Positions 59,133 to 64,000 of a stretch of 64,000 nucleotides of DNA are shown here, one piece after another. The translations under genes and the position numbers were made by a program. Location of the stretch: assembly GCA_037379345.1 (NCBI GenBank), contig CM074518.1, forward strand, positions 2,852,001 through 2,916,000, given 5' to 3'. Within the stretch, counting starts at the first letter, position 1. Every line of letters starts with the position of its first letter. Source of the stretch: Perna viridis. Lineage: Eukaryota. Under the pieces are notes generated by a model. That model searched no databases, was not told where the DNA came from, and saw nothing but the letters and a program-made list of their open reading frames with translations.

Positions 59133-62100
59133 ATATATATATATATATAGTGTGTGTGTGTGAACCCAGACTAAACGCCTCTTTTTTAATTCAAGTATCA
59201 TCGTCCATGTTGAATCAACGATAAAACATTAATAATGCTAAATTTGTCCATACAGAAACAAAACATTAATTTAAGTGTTGTTTCAGCGTGAAAACACTGG
59301 CTACTCAAATACAGTTGCTATTCTGTGGTTGTATTTTATGGGAAGAGTATTACAGAAATCGATTTGATTAGGTTAACCAAAATCATTATCTGGGTGGAAA
59401 CAATCACCAACATAACCCCATGATTGTAGAAGGCGTTATCCATAGAGTACATTGGACAACATTACAGTAATAAGTACATTCTTGGTCAAATCAACTATAG
59501 CGATGACTTAAATGGACCCCAAATTATCCATGGGAACTTATATACTAGAAGACATATGGAACGTTTTGTTGGAAATGTGTCACTGGAACAGCTGGGTTAA
59601 ATAATAATGAATTTCAATCCCATAACCAGTCCTTACTTTTACATATTGGTTAGAACTAATAGCTTCAATGATTTCTTTATATTATTCGATAAAAGGATAT
59701 TACTTTTTGAATATATTACAAGTTATGAACCACAATATCGTATTCGTATCCTTACTTCCATCCTTATCTCGTCAAACCTGAATTTATTGTTCTATGATAA
59801 AAGATGCATTCTATAATATAAAACATTACAACTGCTTAGTTATATGCGTCACGTCTGTAGACACTTGTGATTAACTTTTTTATTGATGTCCTAACCATTT
59901 AGGAATTAGTGCTAAAAAGGTACAGAAACTAATGTTCCAATAAATTGTATGATTATGTCTGTTTCATTGGGTTTGTGTTTGGTTTAATTGTTTGTTTGTT
60001 TGTTTTTGTTTTATTAGTGGTTTCATTTTGTTGTTTTGTTTTGTTTTGTTTTTTTTTTTTTTTTGTCTTATTGAAACTTATTTTTTTTACCACATTCATT
60101 CTATTCAAAGAACTTATACAATGTTAAACACTTACTTTCAATCCAAATTTAGAACTGTACCAATGTCCAATGTTGTGATTACAATAATATTGTCCTGATT
60201 TGTGATCGCGCCGTGCTGCTTGATTCTAAGTATTTTATTTCAAATGTGAGAAATTGAAGAAAAATGCAATATAAAATAAACTACGTTAAATAATGACTGG
60301 GGACTTAATTAGTTATAACCTTGTTCTGTAAAACAATGGAAAAAATATTGGTTTATTATCTATTTTCTTTTGAAGTATTTGGTATAATCTGTAAGCACCA
60401 ATCTATTTAAAGGAAACATCAAATTTTATCTATTTGACTTTCATTCTCAGTATGTTATCTGTATAACTTGAAGAATGATTTTAACATTCAATTTTATTTG
60501 AAATTGTCTATCTGACTGTTTTTAGATAATGGGGTGTCTGATCTCAAGCTGAATCATTTAGCATCTCCGATTTACGTCATTTGCCAAAGAATATCATCTG
60601 TTGAAAGTCGTTCACACCTTCTACGTGATCAGGTCCTTATCTTATAACTTGAATAGGTTAATTGTAAAAAATCAGCTGATCTGTAAACTATATAATATTA
60701 TGACGCGGTCGTCTGCGACGCGATCATGGGACATTTGGTTATTGTGAGATGAAATCGAATTTTACTTTTCTTTGAAGTATGATTCGATTTTAGGAGTTAT
60801 GGCTCTAACTGTTCATGAAATTCGCGCAAAAAGCAAAACAAGCACTTCATAAAACTGTATTTCAATGGTATTAATTTTGTTTTTGATACGATACATTTAA
60901 CCGCAAATTTAGATTTTTTATGAGACTACAAACAGTTTCAAATCAAGTATAAGCATGTTGAACCTTACTAAATAGGTCCCTGTTTCTTAATCACAAATGA
61001 TACCGTATTGTCAACTGCACTTAAATTGATATATTGAAAGTGTTTCCATGACGTTTCCATAGCGTTTTGCAACACAAATAACATAAGAGGCTTAAAAACT
61101 GTTTCGATAAAATGGCAAAAATATAGTGGAAATGTTCAATGTAGGTTAGTATTTATAACGTTTGTTTTGTTTTATGTTAATCTCTCTTTTCTTATTGTTT
61201 CCAGTATATAACATGTTTAGTTATCATTATACTGGCCGAGTTGGCAGCTGGAATCTACTTAGCCGTACAGAGAGCAAACGTAAGTTTGTATGCAGTGCAG
61301 GAAAATATAAATTGACATAATAATGTGCAAATACCTTCAATTTCATTATGTTTTTGTGATCACGTGGTTTAGTTCTGTTTATGATTTCAACCCGAATTGT
61401 ATTGAGATCATGGAATTTGAGAACGAGGCTTGATAGTATTTTGTTACAATACCGATGCTGTATTACATTTTCTCCTTTATCGTCTCTCCAGTTTTGGATA
61501 TCACAATCACATGTTATGTTTAAAATATTGTTAGTAGGACAATATACTTTAATTACACGTCAATGGTAAGACTTGCCGAACAGTTTTCAAATATTATTAA
61601 ACACACACTATGAATGTATACAAACATGTACACATAACAGACAGCCAATAAGTTATACCGCTATAACTCAGGGAGACCTAATAATCTATACTCCCATAAC
61701 ACTGGGAGACCAAATAATCTTTACTATAACACTGGGAGAACCAACAATCTATACTCCCTCCTGTAACACTGGGAGAGCATACAACCTTCACTCCTATAAC
61801 ATTGGAAGACCAAACTACCTTCACTCCTAGCCCCGTGCAGGTCCGGGTGTTAAAAGAATAGGCCTGCAGCAGCGCTAAGCTTGTCGTAAAAGGCGAGTAA
61901 ATTATGCTCAGAACCCTAGGCGGGGGCTAGGGCGCTCTGCCCACAGAGCAACTGGGATGTGTGCCCCAGGTGGTGAAATGGGGTACCCCTGGCGTGTTAC
62001 ATGCTGGGGTTGTCAGGCTATAATACGGAAAACCTGACCACAAACCATAGTGGTGCACCGTGTTGGGAAAGATGCCACGTTCCTCGCACGTTAAAGAACC

Positions 62101-62794
62101 CCACTGTGGTATTCTCCCGGATTAGGAACCATAGGGCTCCGCCACAGGAGGCTAAATTGCCCGACCCTACCCACCTCTCCCTTTTTCCAGTGGCAATCAA
62201 AGTTTTTCTACCCCATTGTCCCTATGTCCCATCCCTTTTTCATTTCATGTTCATTTTATCATCAATTTCATGTTCATCGTCTGAATATAGCTGAAATATT
62301 GCTGCTCGGACGTTAAACCCCAACAAACAAACCTTCACTCCTATAACACTTGACTAAACACACAGAAAAGAAACACCTTTTACTTGTGAAATAAACATCT
62401 AAACGTAGATATTTAAGTAATTTTTAATATAAAACTGAAACTACTGGTTACATTGGAATGTATCCAGCCTATATACACCTACCTACCACTTGTGTGGTGA
62501 CTTAATATTTCTTTATAACATATTTAACTTCTCTAATTGATAACCTATCCACAGTAACTTTTCTATTTAATATAAATGGAGCAAATTAAATTACGTATTA
62601 ACTTTATTCAAGCATCATGCATTCTGCAGTCTTCTATTTAATTAGGGAAGCAAAACATATTATATTTGTTTGTTTTTAATGAATATCTTTATCTATTGCA
62701 GCTGGAACAAATGTTTGATGATCATTTATTAACAGAAGTTAGAAATTACACAATTGAAGGAAATTCCACATCGATGGATTATGTACAGAAACAG
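57809..62794 (+). CDS. Tetraspanin, 5' part (TM1-TM3 and start of the large extracellular loop); continues beyond the window
   Basis: Phase-0 exons 57809-57874 (MAEGHCAKCSRYLLIVFNFLFW), 58466-58684 (VCGGGLLGIGIWLRFD...IGFCGCCGAIRESFCMLGV), 61205-61279 (YITCLVIIILAELAAGIY...) and 62702-62794 (...SMDYVQKQ). These carry the FNxxFW, GFxGCCGAxxE and D-x-x-Q tetraspanin signatures. Confidence 0.92.
58637..58977 (+). repeat. ~70-bp degenerate repeat x ~5 spanning the tetraspanin exon 2 donor
   Basis: gttgtggtgccat...aagcttctgtatgctaggagtgGTGAGTact repeats downstream of the real donor at 58685. Confidence 0.85.
59098..59162. repeat. Compound microsatellite (CTAT)n(AT)n(GT)n
   Basis: Seen directly. 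Confidence 0.95.
61660..61829. repeat. ~33-bp degenerate tandem repeat interrupted by the SINE-like element
   Basis: ctcctataacactgggagaccaa..aatctata repeated; resumes briefly at 62331. Confidence 0.7.
61830..62330 (+). mobile_element. GC-rich SINE-like retroposon with 13-bp flanking direct repeat
   Basis: Flanked by accttcactccta (61817-61829 and 62331-62343); internal gcacgttaaagaacccc core; tail tatagctgaaatattgctg...cgttaaac...caacaaacaa. Confidence 0.7.
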
Positions 62795-64000
62795 GTATTG
62801 TATACATTTTAATGGCTCGACTTAGCATCATAGAAAAAAAACCTTCCATACAAATAAGTGTAGCCTCACAGAACAGCGGTTTTCCATTCTTGTCGAATTG
62901 ACACTCGGTTATTGTCTTTGTAGAAGTGCTTGTTTTTAAAACATTTCATTAAGCGTACATCCTATGTGATTACCTGGTGATAAGATATAGGTTTAGAACC
63001 AAGTTTTAGGATAATTTTATGAAAATATAACACTATTATTTTAAATAATTATGTCAAAACGATACATCTTTAAAAATGAAAATGTAGAATTTTCTTAGAA
63101 TAAGTCTGTGCTGAAACCGTTGCTTTATACTAAACATGAAATATCAATATTGACCACGTGGTTCCTTAGACTTGAACCATCTTTAATGAATGTTTCAAGT
63201 TATTACACAGGTTATACGAAATAACCAGGTTTGTGGTAGTTAGCACGGTAAACGGAAAAAGGTCAGAGAAAAAAGGTCACAATATTTGTTTGGAAAAAGT
63301 CACCAAAATATAATGATTTGTTACAATACTTGAAATTAAACATAATCCACAAAAATATCCTACATCCTTTATATGGTTTCATGCACATGTCAATTGTAGC
63401 CATGTTGTCTTATAATTATTTTCATTGCAGTGTGTAATGATAATTCATTAGCTGTAAAACAAAGAAAGTTCGTTATCCAGAACAGGCCCTGGGTTTTCAC
63501 CTTTCTTCTAGCTTCCCTGCCAATTGAAAAAAAAAACTGCTTTCAAGTTTCATTTTTAATGGTTATTTTATTTAAAATTATCTTTTTAATGAAAACTAAA
63601 TTATTAAATATACAAATATAATATAAAGTTATTTAATTTCAGTATTAAATGATGAAAAGTGAATGATACAATACAAATACTTATCATTCACAATTCATGT
63701 TTTCCGTATACACTCCCTTTATGTATAAATAAGGGTAACAAGGTAACAAAAAAAATACCGAACACTTAATCCGATCCATAATCAAACCAAGTCCAAAATA
63801 AATCTGACAAAATACATATTACATTATCGGAGTAGCTTTTATCGCAATGGTCCTGACTTGGTACAAACATTTAGAAACGAAATGGTGGGTTAATTCTAGG
63901 TTTTACATCGCGCCAAACCTCCTCTTTCCATTGCGATGTGAATATACTGATGATGATTAAATACCATTTGCATGCTATAGTGTCATAATCGGTTAACCAG

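Noticed and set aside
62001-62294. 97-aa ORF in a GC-rich segment
   Set aside because: Lies within the SINE-like insertion; no recognisable protein features.

Overview
AT-rich, intron-rich animal genomic DNA, most likely from a bivalve mollusc (Mytilus-like, judged from the twitchin RRPSMSPAPEV motif and the repeat families). Four spliced protein-coding genes can be reconstructed by hand. They are the 3' end of twitchin (+, kinase plus C-terminal Ig domains, 596-15532), FAM199X (-, 21368-~36963), Hikeshi (+, 38235-45261, head-to-head with FAM199X) and the 5' part of a tetraspanin (+, 57809 to beyond 62794). Two FAM199X introns hold a snoRNA cluster absent from the ORF track. It has three C/D-box SNORD54/U54-type copies (18S rRNA guide) and five related H/ACA copies (18S U105-type guide), one of them expanded internally by a minisatellite. 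The most unusual pattern is that tandem repeats repeatedly arise exactly on exon/intron junctions. The extreme case is a 31-copy array of the tetraspanin splice acceptor + start codon + first coding exon, in which only the last copy has a usable donor. The rest is MITE-like DNA elements, Helentron-type (HINE-like) elements, one SINE-like insertion, minisatellites and a 146-N gap. All coordinates were read by eye and need alignment or RNA-seq confirmation.
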